A DNA stretch of 59,108 nucleotides, filler included, from Sphacelaria rigidula (Eukaryota), in assembly GCA_964200075.2 (NCBI GenBank). It is 8 parts of 8 records of this genome, joined end to end, with 100 filler letters (N's around TTAATTAATTAA, not from the genome) between each part and the next. Parts side by side here need not be neighbours in the genome. Positions count along the whole stretch, not along the records: positions 22,204 to 29,504 come from CAXNAA020015546.1; positions 29,605 to 36,905 come from CAXNAA020015547.1; positions 37,006 to 44,306 come from CAXNAA020015548.1; 5 more parts are not named here. The stretch is one strand, 5' to 3'. The notes below the pieces were generated by a model. The model did no database searches, was not told where the DNA came from, and saw only the letters and a list, made by a program, of their open reading frames with translations. This document shows positions 25,701 to 37,279 of this stretch, piece after piece; position 1 is the stretch's first letter; every line of letters begins with the position of its first letter. Position numbers and translations under genes: made by a program.

Positions 25701-28700
25701 CGGCGAATGCTAACTCAACGGACGCGAAACCCAGCACGAGCGGAGACCCGTCTAATGCCAACGCGAATAGGGCCAGGGAAAGTGTTGCTCACGCGGAAAA
25801 CATGAAGAGAAGCGCCAGAGAGTGCTGCCTGCCTTCATCTTCTCTCGAGGGGTTCAATGGCTCTCATGTCACACGCTGCGATATATACAGTGATTCATTT
25901 GAGACAGTGGCGCTTTACGGTGTCGGCACCTTAGCAAGGGATATTGTCACGGTCCCGGAGAGTGTTCATTGAAACTCAGTCAACAAAGGCCATCTGGAAC
26001 CTTGCCGTTACATCCGACGAGTGAAGAAGCACACCTTGTAGTATTCATGCGGCCCTTTCGAGATGAAAGCCACATCATCCAGGCAGTCGAAGTACTGCGC
26101 GAAGTCCTTCAGGCTGGTAACAAAGCTGAACTTTCGCTGAAAACACACGACAATACAAGTAAACAGCGTGCGCAAATAAAAAAGTGCAGCTTTCAGGCCG
26201 TGCCAAGCGTCCCGATGACCGTCCGACACAGACGCAGTTTGTACGCGCGAAATGGAAATAAAAGCGCGAGAAACATCAATCTTGGTAAAATGCTCCTGAG
26301 AGTGTGCTATATATATCCCAGAGGGTGGGTCGAAATATTTTCCATGACAAAAAACGTACTGTAAAGTTGACGCACCAACAAACATTTCACCACGGGCCCG
26401 AATATATCAGGCAACTTGGGTTTGCCCCAGCGGTTTTTCTACCAGTATTGCACACCCTCTCAGTCTATAGCTCACCTCCTGGAGACAAAGCTGTAGTGAT
26501 TGGTAGTAGGCCACCACCTGCTCCCAGTCATCCGTCTGAGCAGCGCCCGCTGCGTCCGAAGCCGGAGCCACCTTGGCTTTCAAGCCCCATCCGTCGTCAG
26601 CATCAACGTCTTCTTCCCCTTCGACGCCCCCCGATTCAGCAATCGATTCTCCCGCAGCCGTCGCCGCCGCTACCGTGCCCTTTGCTACCGCCTCTGATTC
26701 TACGGAGGAGGACGCAGCTGTGGTGGATGTTTCTAACCCCCTTCGCGTAACGACGTCCGCCCCCTCGGACATCGTCGCAGAGCTAGTGCTTGAGGGGAAC
26801 GCAATGGCATGAGCCGCTTGTACTACAGTAGTAGCTTCCGCGCCATCTTCACCATCCCGATAGACTTGCAGCAGCGCCTTCCCGCGTAGCAACACTCGTC
26901 TCCTGCTTCTCCTGCCGCCATCGCTGCTCTCACCGCGACTTGTCCCATCTCCACCGTTCCCGTCGTCCACTTCCCCTTGCCGCCCCCCGACAGCCCCACT
27001 GCTACTGTCACTACTGCGGTCATCGTTCGCACCATCTCCCTCATCGTCCCCTCCACCGCCGGACACTCCCGACGAGGAGGAATCGACCGTACTATTGCCA
27101 TCATTCCTTCCAACGGCTGTGTCGTTGTTGTCGCGGGTTGTGTTGTTGAGGTCCCCCCCACCAGCTACTGGCGCACTCTCGTGTTCATCTCCGGCTCCGT
27201 CCAGCTGCGCATCTAGCGTGATGACTTCAGGTGCTGTCTCGGTGTAGATGACGATCTTGTACTTACGAGGCATGACAGCGGGGGCCAGCCTCACACCCCG
27301 CTCCTGCGCCGCGGACAGCAGCTCCCACACGTACTCGTCGCAGCTGCTAGCCGTCACGAAGGCACGGCCTACACGTGTGCATGGAAGCATGGACAGACGA
27401 AGGCGGCGGGTTCAGCAAAACAAAAACAAAAGGAACACTGTACAGGCTGGTCCAGCCTAGAAATAGGTTTGAGCTCTCAGAGCAATATCTCATCGACACT
27501 GACCAGTCGGGCCATGATCCGCATATCGTCTTATTTGTCTAATCAAGGGGAACGTGCCCATCTGCTCAAAAATCTCGGCCAATTTTTCTCAGTGATCAAA
27601 CCTCATGTCTAGTAATTCCTGAACCATGCGGAGATAGCGTCCATTCTAAAGTCAATATGAAACTTTGAACGACGTGAACAGCGGATGATGACGATTTTTG
27701 GTGTGGACATGCCCTGGAGCACAGGGAAACGACCGATGCCCTTGCCTTCACCTAATTTGTTATGTCTAGATATGGCGCCCAAAATATTCCACACCATAAT
27801 CAATGTATCACGAGCATAGCCGCTGAAAACACTAAATCTGAATATCTCGTCTCAGTTTCTGAAACTTGTGCTTTGAAACATCTTGTGAAGAATCGCTAGT
27901 GCATGATAAAATAAATATATAACAGATTCTTTCATTTTCTTCACTTGTTTTTCATTTTTTTTCATGAGCACAACGCTATAATCACTCTTCAGGTTTCAGT
28001 AAATTGCGGTTAGATCATGGGGAGGAAAAAAATCCTTGGGTCTACAAATACATGTTCAAGTATGTCTCATCCATTGTCCATACCAAATTTTAGGGTCCAC
28101 CTCTAGAAATTGAGGTAAGAATGGGCCTGCAAACTACGAATCCGCTTCTAGGCTGGCCCAGCTCGTACTTCGAACTAATTGCTAGATTGTTAACAAAAAA
28201 CACAGCCTATGTAACAAGGGACCATGGATCGACAGAACAGAGAAATGGGAAAGTACAACACAATATCAACAATATTCCCGCCGGGTTGTCTTGTGTAGCT
28301 GGCGAGATAGTGGTGGTTGGGGGACCGTTACTCAGGACGTGAATGATGTGTGGAACGCTGGGGTAGAGAGTCCAAATAGCCACCGGGGATCAGCGTGTCT
28401 GTGTGGGTGCGGGCACGCTCACTGTTGAAAATCCAGCTAGTGCTACCGGGGTTAGATATTCGGATGTAAGGCAGCAAGGGCACACAGAAGAAACATCCAG
28501 GGAGCATCGAGCCGTCAAAAATAATTTTAAGCGACCGTCAAATGAGGACAAATTGTCAGTTGCTGAGACAGCACAGAGCGGCACGGCCCACAGGATACGG
28601 ACTCCATCGCATTTCCATTGCATCTTCTCTGCAAGTTGAGTACTATAGCTGCGCCACGCACATGACGGTACACATTTCATTTGTGTTCTCTGCAAATCGG

Positions 28701-28928
28701 AGCGCCCCAGAAGGGAAATGCGTAATCACCTCATCCGGTGTAAGGGTCATTTCTAGACCTCTCCCCTTTTAGGCGTATACATTGCTGCTAGATACCTGGG
28801 TAATCCTCGTAGACGCTGAAGGGCTGATATCGAGGATTTTCGCGTAAATAACCCGTGCTGAACTCGACAGCGTAGCTGAAAAACGCACCGGTCGTCTCCC
28901 CCATGTACGAGGTTCCCGTCCAGTACGC
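22742..28928 (-). CDS. CLN5: CLN5-family protein (NlpC/P60-like, BMP synthase/thioesterase-like), 5'-partial, with C-terminal TM helix and long cytosolic tail; exons 28928-28796, 27368-26476, 26136-26035, 25559-25477, 24647-24530, 23785-22742 (790 aa + stop)
   Basis: All junctions are AG/GT with matching phases (1,0,0,2,0), totalling 2,373 nt in frame. AYWTGTSYMGETTGAFF...RYQPFSVY...FVTASSCDEYVWELL...GVRL...KIVIYTETAPEV aligns by eye to human CLN5 (HW..TISGNMF..YYETWNV..DSYDCSKFVL..GAEF..RIFLYSGEPT), including the catalytic Cys. VAYY...AFI...EYYKVNL...ITEPEEIP matches the CLN5 C-terminus (FYY...FYL..EYW...ITYEEIP). Exon structure is more certain than the family call. Confidence 0.78.
25020..25270 (+). 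repeat. Dispersed intronic repeat; second copy at ~44577-44850
   Basis: Shared blocks TCGACGAGGGAAAGGGAC, AAGGCAAGC.CCGCA, GTGTGA.CCC.GCTGG.GC.CC, GTCCAGAA...GGACGA. It resembles an abundant brown-algal interspersed repeat (from recall, unverified). Confidence 0.75.
27443..28165. mobile_element. Tc1/mariner-type MITE (~720 bp) in the first visible intron of the CLN5-like gene
   Basis: TA|CAGGCTGGTCCAGCCTAGAA ... TTCTAGGCTGGCCCAGCTCG|TA. Other ends of the family occur at ~14930-14949, ~19143-19380, ~21878-22005 and 22204-22266. Confidence 0.75.
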
Positions 28929-29689
28929 CTGAGTATTACGTCCAATCGAATCATCGAATTTGACACCCCAAGGCGCAAGAGCGAGGCAAGGCGAAGACGA
29001 GAGTTCATGGAACAGTCGCAGCAACGCGGTGGTACCGTGAAAGCGGAGTATGCTACTGTATGGAGCAGAACAGTCCATGTGCGCAGTGCACAGCGGATGA
29101 GTGCTGTTGTTGCTGCAGGTGTTGTGGATTTCTTGCAACGGAGAAGAATACCGGGTGTTGCATCACGTCGCTGGAAAAAAATACGAGACCACAAACGTGA
29201 CAGTGGCCTTGTTCGGTCGGTTGAGAGCGCAACTTGGATACACAAGACGCGCTGGTTGGGGGTGACAACGAGCTGCTGTCGTTGGCAAGTAGCAACGGGC
29301 GACGGTTCCATTAACCCTATTGGGACCGGACCCCCACTAACACAAAGTTGACCCTGTGTTAGTGTAAAAATAAAAAAGAAGTCTTCCAGCGACCTGCCCA
29401 ATCACGGCGAGGCGAAATTTATCGACCAAGCCCGAACGACCAGCGCGGGGATCGTTGTCGAGTGTGATGCCATTGCAAAGATCGTGTGGGGGCCCTATCC
29501 CTGGNNNNNNNNNNNNNNNNNNNNNNNNNNNNNNNNNNNNNNNNNNNNTTAATTAATTAANNNNNNNNNNNNNNNNNNNNNNNNNNNNNNNNNNNNNNNN
29601 NNNNGCTGACTGGTCAGTAGTCTAGTTGGTTGTCTCTTAAACCGTCACAAGACGGAGCCGAATGTCCACCTGTGGTGCTTTTCGTTGCC

Positions 29690-30545
29690 TGCAACACTGA
29701 CGTGTGCTTCCAGCTACACATCGACATCCTACTCAGGGATATCAAAGGCTTCATTGGCAAAGATACAAGAGAAAACACACCAGGGCTCGTGTAAAGCCCC
29801 GAGGGGCATTTCGGAACTGAAAGTATCCCATTCATTACTGAAAGGCTTCTCACTCTCAGTGGTATTCTCGACTCTTGATCTTACGAATACTTTGTTAATA
29901 ATACTGAACAGACAAAAAATCAAAAATGGCTCAAGAAATATGAAATATCGGTAAGAAGGTGTTGTGGGTGACGTATTTTGTGGGAACAATCTACACGCCA
30001 CCACTATCGTAGGCTCATCGTGCGTCCCTTCCGTTGCTACCGGTTTGCACAAGCTTAGTTGTAGGTTATCGTTGTTGTTCTTTTTTCCATCATTTTTGTC
30101 CAAGGTTGTCGCAGGGGATAGTTTCGGTTGAGAGTCGTCTCCAACCACGAGCAAAGGGGACCTTTTCCAGATCGAGAACCTAGCGCTCGAGTGGCAGTGA
30201 TAATCCAAGAGTAGGAAATCTTGACGCATTCATCGACAGGTTTTTCTTCGTGAATACTTCTCCGAGACAGGCGCGGAGCTACTCGAGCGAAGGCCCTTAA
30301 CCATGGGGTGAGTGCGATTCATATATTTTTCACAGGCGGCCATCGTCAGCCAGCAGTAATATAGAACTCCAATTTTCCAGTGATGGTCAATTATTGAGGC
30401 CTAGAACAACAGTTTGCTTCCGAAATGCCCCTTCAAGCATTTTGATGCGAGGCCTTATTACACACGACTTTTGTAAAAGTAGCTTGCCACTGAAGCCTCT
30501 GATATCACAGAGGGATACCAACGTGTAGCTGTAAGCTGAAGCCAA
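29690..30545. repeat. Inverted pair of a dispersed repeat (arms ~29690-29820 and ~30420-30545)
   Basis: CCGAAATGCCCC...TTGCCA.TGAAGCCT.TGATATC...GTGTAGCTG.AAGC appears on opposite strands. Further copies occur at ~2917-2985 and ~44150-44220. Confidence 0.6.
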
Positions 30546-31336
30546 ATGACGAGGCCAGTGCTACTGGAGGAGTCCCTGGTGGATAGTCCTCTTGTCCAGG
30601 TCATCTGGCAGAGGCTACAAAGCCCACGACAGTGTTACAGGGGAAAGACACACACGCGACGAAATGAAAAATGATAGAAACTAGTGCAAGTGAAAAACTC
30701 ACTCTCAATCAATGTTACACTTTCACTCTGGCGACAACCCTGCCCAGCGTTTAATGAAGCCAAGCCATAACCAACAACAACAGCATGTCGGTGTTTCCAA
30801 CAAGTAGGTATATAGCAAGAAGAGTCTGAAGGATAATGGGCAGTGGAAACACGAATTGAGACAAAAGGAACACTGAGGGGAGAGGGGGGTAATCAGGGGC
30901 AGTGGAGGAGGGGAAGGGGGTAACGAGGTGTGCGGGATCCCTTTCTTCCTGTGCGCCCTTCCTTGGTACAGTGTATAATATCTATACGATTTCGTTCCTG
31001 ATCTGTAGACCACAACTCACGCTGCGCTCCACCCTCGACGCGTCTTTTTGTGTTTACTTTTTCCTTGCCTTGAAAAGTTGGATTCATCCCTCCGGAGAAG
31101 GAGGGGGATGGGGGTATGCTGGGGTTTACCGGGACCTCTAATTTACAGGCACCCTTCCGTGGTCGGTAGCAAGTGTAAGTGTAAACTCGCTGAGATCCCG
31201 TGCTATTTTTGCTCCTGACCGAAACGCCATACTTTTTATTATATCGAGTTGGAATTATGCTCGAAATGATGCCTGGATATCGGTACAAGACTAGGTGCGG
31301 CCTACATTATTCAAATTTGGTAATTTATGTGCATTA

Positions 31337-32550
31337 CGAGCTGGGCCAGCAGTAAATCCCGCATCCGCTTTCCACACCACAACTTCTCAAGTTATCCAAG
31401 TCAACGCGACTTGAGCTTGTCGCTGTGAAGTGCAGACCAACCTGGTAACACAAGGCACGCTGAATGAAGGGGAAAAAATGTACTGCATAATACATGACCT
31501 CGACGACGGACGAAAATAAATGAGAATATGCCGGAATTCGAACCCACGACCTCCACAACTAACTGGAGTCTCCTGTATCACTTGAATTAAAGGGGCGCGG
31601 CCGTTTCACACGAAAGGTGCGATGCCGCGCCCAATTTGAGGTATTTTTGGCCTAAACTCTACCAGAATGTCGTTGACGCGAATGCCCGTATGTGTTGGAG
31701 CGTTATCGTCGTTTTTATCATTTTTCAAGGAAGTTATACGAGCTGGGCCAGCTTAAAAGCTGCTTCAAGTTGCTCACACCACAGCTCCCCCATTTTCCCG
31801 AATGAACCTGATGTAAGCATATCACTGTAAAGTGCAGACCAACCTGGTAACACACGGCACCACCGCTGAATGAAATAAAAAACGAAAAAAATGTACGGCG
31901 TAATATATGACCTCAACGGCGGACGGAAAAAAAAAAAGATAATCAACCGGGATTCGAACTCATTACCTCCATAATTAGAGTCTCCCATCACTTGAATAAT
32001 AGGGGTGCAACAGCGTCACGCAAAATGTTGCACGCACGACCCAATTCGACAATTCTTGAGCTGAGATTTCAGGAAGACCTTCTGCACCCAAGGAAATGAT
32101 ACATGACACAAGCAGCTGCAGGTTATCATTTTTTTCCTGCACTTATGGCATCATCTTGTTTTTGGTGGAATTTCGAATCCCCTTAATAGCTTCCTCATCC
32201 TTTTACTTTTTCCTTTGCTGCTCACGTGATCTTCTGCGTTTCCATCATAGAAAGCTGCTGTCAATTTTTCAGCGTCTAATTCCTTATGTCACGCCGTGCA
32301 TCGTCTGACCTGAGCGAGATTCACACCTAGTCTTGGCTGGCCCAGCTCGTAGCATTTTCCCTGTTTTGCTGAAACTTCAACAACTCGCTCTCGCTCTGAC
32401 TTCTTCTGTTTTTTTTCCCTCTGTACCCCCAACAGGGTTGCGCAGGTTGATGATAAAAATGCCGTGTCAAAACTTCAGGCCCTAGCCCTTCGAATTACCA
32501 ATGACATCTCCACTCTTCGTTCAAAAATCACTGTCAGCTGGCCCAGCTCG
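31337..32550. mobile_element. Mariner-type MITE (outer) containing a related MITE (inner, 31739-32349)
   Basis: Four TA-flanked CGAGCTGGGCCAGC ends lie in L,L,R,R order (31335, 31737, 32351, 32552). The first ~400 bp of the outer and inner copies are homologous. Confidence 0.8.
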
Positions 32551-32879
32551 TATAACGAAGCACCAGATTGTTCTGGTGCCTGCCGGCCGGGCGGGGAATG
32601 GCTGAAGATGGGTTGAGGAAGGTCGTGATTGGTCCGACTGAGACATTGTCCCATGACTTTTGTCGTAGAAAATACTCTTAATTTACCCTGCTTTTGAGAG
32701 CAGCTGAGGCTGTGGGACAAACGAACTGTTGGCGTTGCTTCTCAACCAACTCGCTATCTTGCGCGCTGTTGCTTCGCTGTATATCGCTTGCACTACTGTG
32801 CTGTAATCACCATCCTGACTTGGAGATCAGCGAATGAGCTTTTGCACAGTACTTCATAGAGCAACGGTATCTTTGCGGT

Positions 32880-33620
32880 GTTCTGGACGCCAATAGCACG
32901 GAGTATGATGGGCGCATCGACTGGGAGCAAGCTTCTCGGTTTTCTCAACAATCCCGTGGTAGCTGTGGTGCAGGCCAGCTCTATCTTACACTGCATCAAT
33001 GAATACGTGTTCGGCATCACCACGGTGAGCACTGCCCTTCGTCTGATGACAAGACGTAGCCGCTCGTGTGATGGAGTATAACACCCCCCACACGCTGAAC
33101 AATTAGACCTCGATTCCTCAACGAATGAGACCGTTCTTCTCTGACCAATATCGCTTGCCAGAAGATCTCGTCCGAGGTCCTTCCGAAGACGCACTCCCTG
33201 TGAAAGGTTTTGCCCGCATGGCGGCGGCTGTCTTTGAGAGGAAGGCCTGTGTCGTTCCGGACCATCTGTTCCGCCGCCGAGGTAGTGACTACTGTGCGGT
33301 AGTGTCCACAGCATCAACTTACCAACCGTGACGTGTAGATCGAGATACACCGGAGCGGCTCCGATTGATCACTGTGCATCTGTGCATGGATATAATTGTC
33401 AGGTGGCCATCAAGTATGAAATACTACATAGTCGAGCCACTGATCCAGGAAGCGAGCCTACTTGGTGGATCTACTCGATTTATTGGCTAGAGATAATACG
33501 CATGACACGGACTGCTGTCCGTTACGCACTGCGGCAGCCCCCCCGCTGATGACACTTTCAACCTCGCACGACTTCTTCGAGAATACGACATTCGAAAGAA
33601 GAGAAAACTCGAAGCGTTCA
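32880..33620 (+). pseudogene. Possible decayed hAT transposase C-terminal remnant
   Basis: Broken-frame motifs in hAT order: IDWE/LLGFLNNPVVAV, AAPID, DPGSEPTWW, LARD...TAAAPP..LSTS (cf. WW...LAR..L.IPATSA.SER.FST). Weak and heavily mutated. Confidence 0.3.
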
Positions 33621-33789
33621 TGTCAGACAGAATGCTTGGTGCCGTATGCTGCTCCCGTCTATGGGCGCATCTCGACCCAAATCCTCCCCGCAGCGAAGTT
33701 TCGACTGGATAATAGCCTTTGCGAATTTGGAGGAGAATGAGGCTCTACATCTGATCGACGGGGGGTGTCATATCGCATTCCCTCCGAAA

Positions 33790-35123
33790 TAGTGATGGGT
33801 ATCGTAACCTAAATCGAGATATACTTACCCCTGTATTGTATGTCTGAGATATGTTGTATTGGTATCGCCCAAAATTGCGGGATATGTCGATACCAAAGTG
33901 TATCCCATATCCCGCGATACATCAAGGGAGAAGATATATCGCAGGATATATCGCGGCACACGACATGTTATGTACTGTTCCTTCAAGAGGTGAGCATTAG
34001 TGCGATTGGGATGCATGAAATTGGCGACACGCCCCGCATGCATGCCTGTCCGTGCATCGCAGTCGTGGCCATGTCATGTGCTACCGTAAAACTGCCAGTC
34101 AGTACATATATCGGGGTCATGGCACAGGGGTGTGTAAAAAAGTAAGCACCAAATAATGATGAACTCGATAATCGCACAGGTATCGGGGTCATCGCACAGG
34201 GTTTTGACACCCCAAAGAATACCCAACTTTCGGGTATGAGGTTCAGTTCTACCGCGAGTTGTTCCGGGAAAACACATATTGCGCTGCAACGGTCGATTGA
34301 TGATTTATTGTTGTTGTCATCGGGGGCTCCACTGCTGTGATCATAACACCATGGTGGTCTACATGCAGAGATGGGGGACATGATTCGATTGATTTGATTT
34401 GATTAATGTTTCATTAAAATTGTGTGCGTCAAAATAACTCAATATCGCCGCTGAGGGTTCTGTTCTGTATCACACATATCGGAGTCATCGCACAGGGGTG
34501 CGGGAGAAGGTCAAGAAAAACAAAATTCACGAACCGATCGAACAGGGTGTGATAATCCGCAGTTTTACGGAAGGTGAGAAACACGAATCACTTCTCGGTA
34601 TTTAATGCTTGCTTGCTGTAACTTATGGTACTCGGTGCGCGTTGTGGCGGGTACTACTGGTGCGTGCTCACCCAGCCACTCAAGGTTAAAGAAATCAGTA
34701 TAGCATTCCCCGACAGTCGAGCTCCGGACAAACGGCTAGCCAAAAAAAACAAATGCTGGTTTCGAAATACTCGAAGTTTTACGAATGCATCAACAACTAC
34801 GGAAATCAACGTTCTCGCGACAGCATGCTTTGTGCTGCCAAACGGAGGGGCGTTGGTGCTGGCTGTTTTTGTGTGTAGTGTGTAGTGTGGAGTGTGTAGT
34901 CATGGTCTTCTCTGATGTCGACACGATCCTGTGGTTGGTCTCACTAGATTTTCAAAGATCATACCCATCGAGAAGTTTAGCGGCGAGTTTCCCGTTATCG
35001 TATCTGGCATCGTGCGATATTACGGAATATAATATATCGGATATTGTATCCATATTTGCGAATGTATCACAGTATTTCTCGGATATCGTATGCCGCCGAT
35101 TTTTTTCTCGATACCCATCACTG
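33790..35123. mobile_element. hAT-like non-autonomous element
   Basis: Terminal inverted repeat TAGTGATGGGTATCG ... CGATACCCATCACTG, with GATA/TATC-rich subterminal repeats at both ends. No clean 8-bp TSD. Confidence 0.5.
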
Positions 35124-37279
35124 CTACACAGGGTATGCAACGGCACTGCACATTATCCTTCCCTCGGATGCTTACAGGTTGGTTCCAACGCTTGACCTCA
35201 AGGAAGTCTTTCCAGAGAAAATAAGAAGAACAGCAGCGACTAGTAGCAAGACAAGTAGGTTCCCTGCCACGTCATCGCCAACCTGAAGTGCGCCCCTCGA
35301 CCACCCAGGCACTTTCATCACACCACACTATCCTGGGACGCCGACGACGGCCTGATGGCAGTACCCGTTGATGGCGTATGGTACAAGAATCAAGCTACCC
35401 GAAATCTCGGCCAAATGCTCCAAACATTTGTGGCGATGAAGCTGACATCAAGGCGAGAAGAACGGCACCAGTTCCGGCTCCTAACTCATCGCCATTCCGA
35501 AGTGATGGCCAAGAAAAATTCTGGGGGGAATGTGTACAACAAGATGTACTTGAATTTTTCATACCCTGGACAACAGAATACACAATCAAAACGTGCACTG
35601 CGTACAGTATCGACTATTGCGCCTATTGCAACAGACAATAGTCTCCACACTGTACGCAGTACATTTTTGACAATATATTCTATTGTCCAGGGTGTGGAAT
35701 CTTCACCCACAGGAATCCATGTATTTCGGATTGTTCACTCGAGGTCTGAGAGTTAAGACCTGAAAGTTCGAGGAGATGAGCATTTCAACCATATGCGGGG
35801 CGTCACTGGTGATGTTTTTATGTTTGCTTATTTATTCTGGTGATGAAACCGGATATTTATTCCGAGAGTTCCATTCAGTGGACCTAACTCAAAAAAGAAA
35901 GGATAAGACAGCATCTCTGCTCATGGCGATGTCCTCGAGGTGGTCGATGCGTCAATCTTCTTGAAATTCCACGTCTTGGCTCTCACAGCTCGAGTGAACA
36001 ATCGGTGGAGAGACTGCTTCGTCTCAAATAGTGTGACAAATCTGTAGGCCATGTCTTGGGCCGCCTTTCATGGTGACAAGTATAGACCCTAAAAATGTTT
36101 TCCGGGCCTCACTTTCATGTTTTCTTGAAAATACCACGTTGTGGGGGCATTCCTCGCAAATGAAAGTGCATGCACAATCGCGGTAAAAACGCTTCTACAT
36201 TTTGATGGCGTCGCTGAGTATCGTAGTCCAATCACTGGCGCCCCCATCAACCGAAGAAACATGGAGGATACAACATACAACCCTTTTTGCTTCGATAATC
36301 ATTATTAACACGCGAGAGAAATCAGAGCCATAGTTAATTGGTACACCCGAGGGGCTTCGGCAATCATCCCCGACCCTGGTTTCAAGGCGTCGACGGAGCC
36401 GTGAGATATCCCCTGGCAACGTTTTCTTCGCAACGCTAACATGATGGCGATGCTCCCGCAACGAACTACAGTCTACTAATTACGGTACCTCTGCAGCATA
36501 ATAATCGGCCTCCGCAGGCGGAAAACATTGATTGGTATGTACCGTCTGTGGTGATGTTGGCACCTGCGCGGAGTGTCGCAGCTCTTGACGTATTGCATGG
36601 GATGGACTCGTGCAAAAGGTGATTTCCAGAGCAATTACCGTGATTTCCCGCGGTAAATTTCACGTAGGAAAATTTCTGAAGTTAGCCCTGATTCTCACAA
36701 GATTTATTGCCCGTTTAACCTGAGAATGCGAGCGTTGCCTCGGAACAGTTCCACCGGCCGACAGTCCAGGGACATGTAAGGTTTTGCAGGGGGATGAGGA
36801 GGTGTTTTTCTAGGGGGGGGGGGGGGGGGGGAACTGTTCGTAGAAGAGCCGGAAAGGGCACCTGGGTGACGACCCGTGGGGGGAGTTTCCCACGGGGAAC
36901 CCAAANNNNNNNNNNNNNNNNNNNNNNNNNNNNNNNNNNNNNNNNNNNNTTAATTAATTAANNNNNNNNNNNNNNNNNNNNNNNNNNNNNNNNNNNNNNN
37001 NNNNNCCCCCCCCCCCCCCCCTTCTTCCCGCTCACATTGAAATGCTGAAGATTGTAGTGATAAACCATAGCATTCCTAACCTCAAGAACAAAATAGGGGT
37101 CTATTTGGGGTATCAAGGGTAGCTGTTGGTTCGGTTCTCTTCTCCAGTTGTTAGTGTACTATTATAGTACCATAGCACGAACACTGCATAAGCCTGAACC
37201 ATATAGTAGTCTACGGGCATATTCTCCGAGCGAACCAGTCTACGCAAGCGTACCCTGAGATTGTTTCCCCACGTCTCAC

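Noticed and set aside
31500-31600. tRNA gene
   Set aside because: Only a B-box/T-arm-like part is visible; no acceptor stem or cloverleaf could be built.
29605-36905. Missing DMC1 3' exons (a TNQ triplet near 36527)
   Set aside because: The context does not match VAV..TNQ or KPIGG, and the segment is a different contig.
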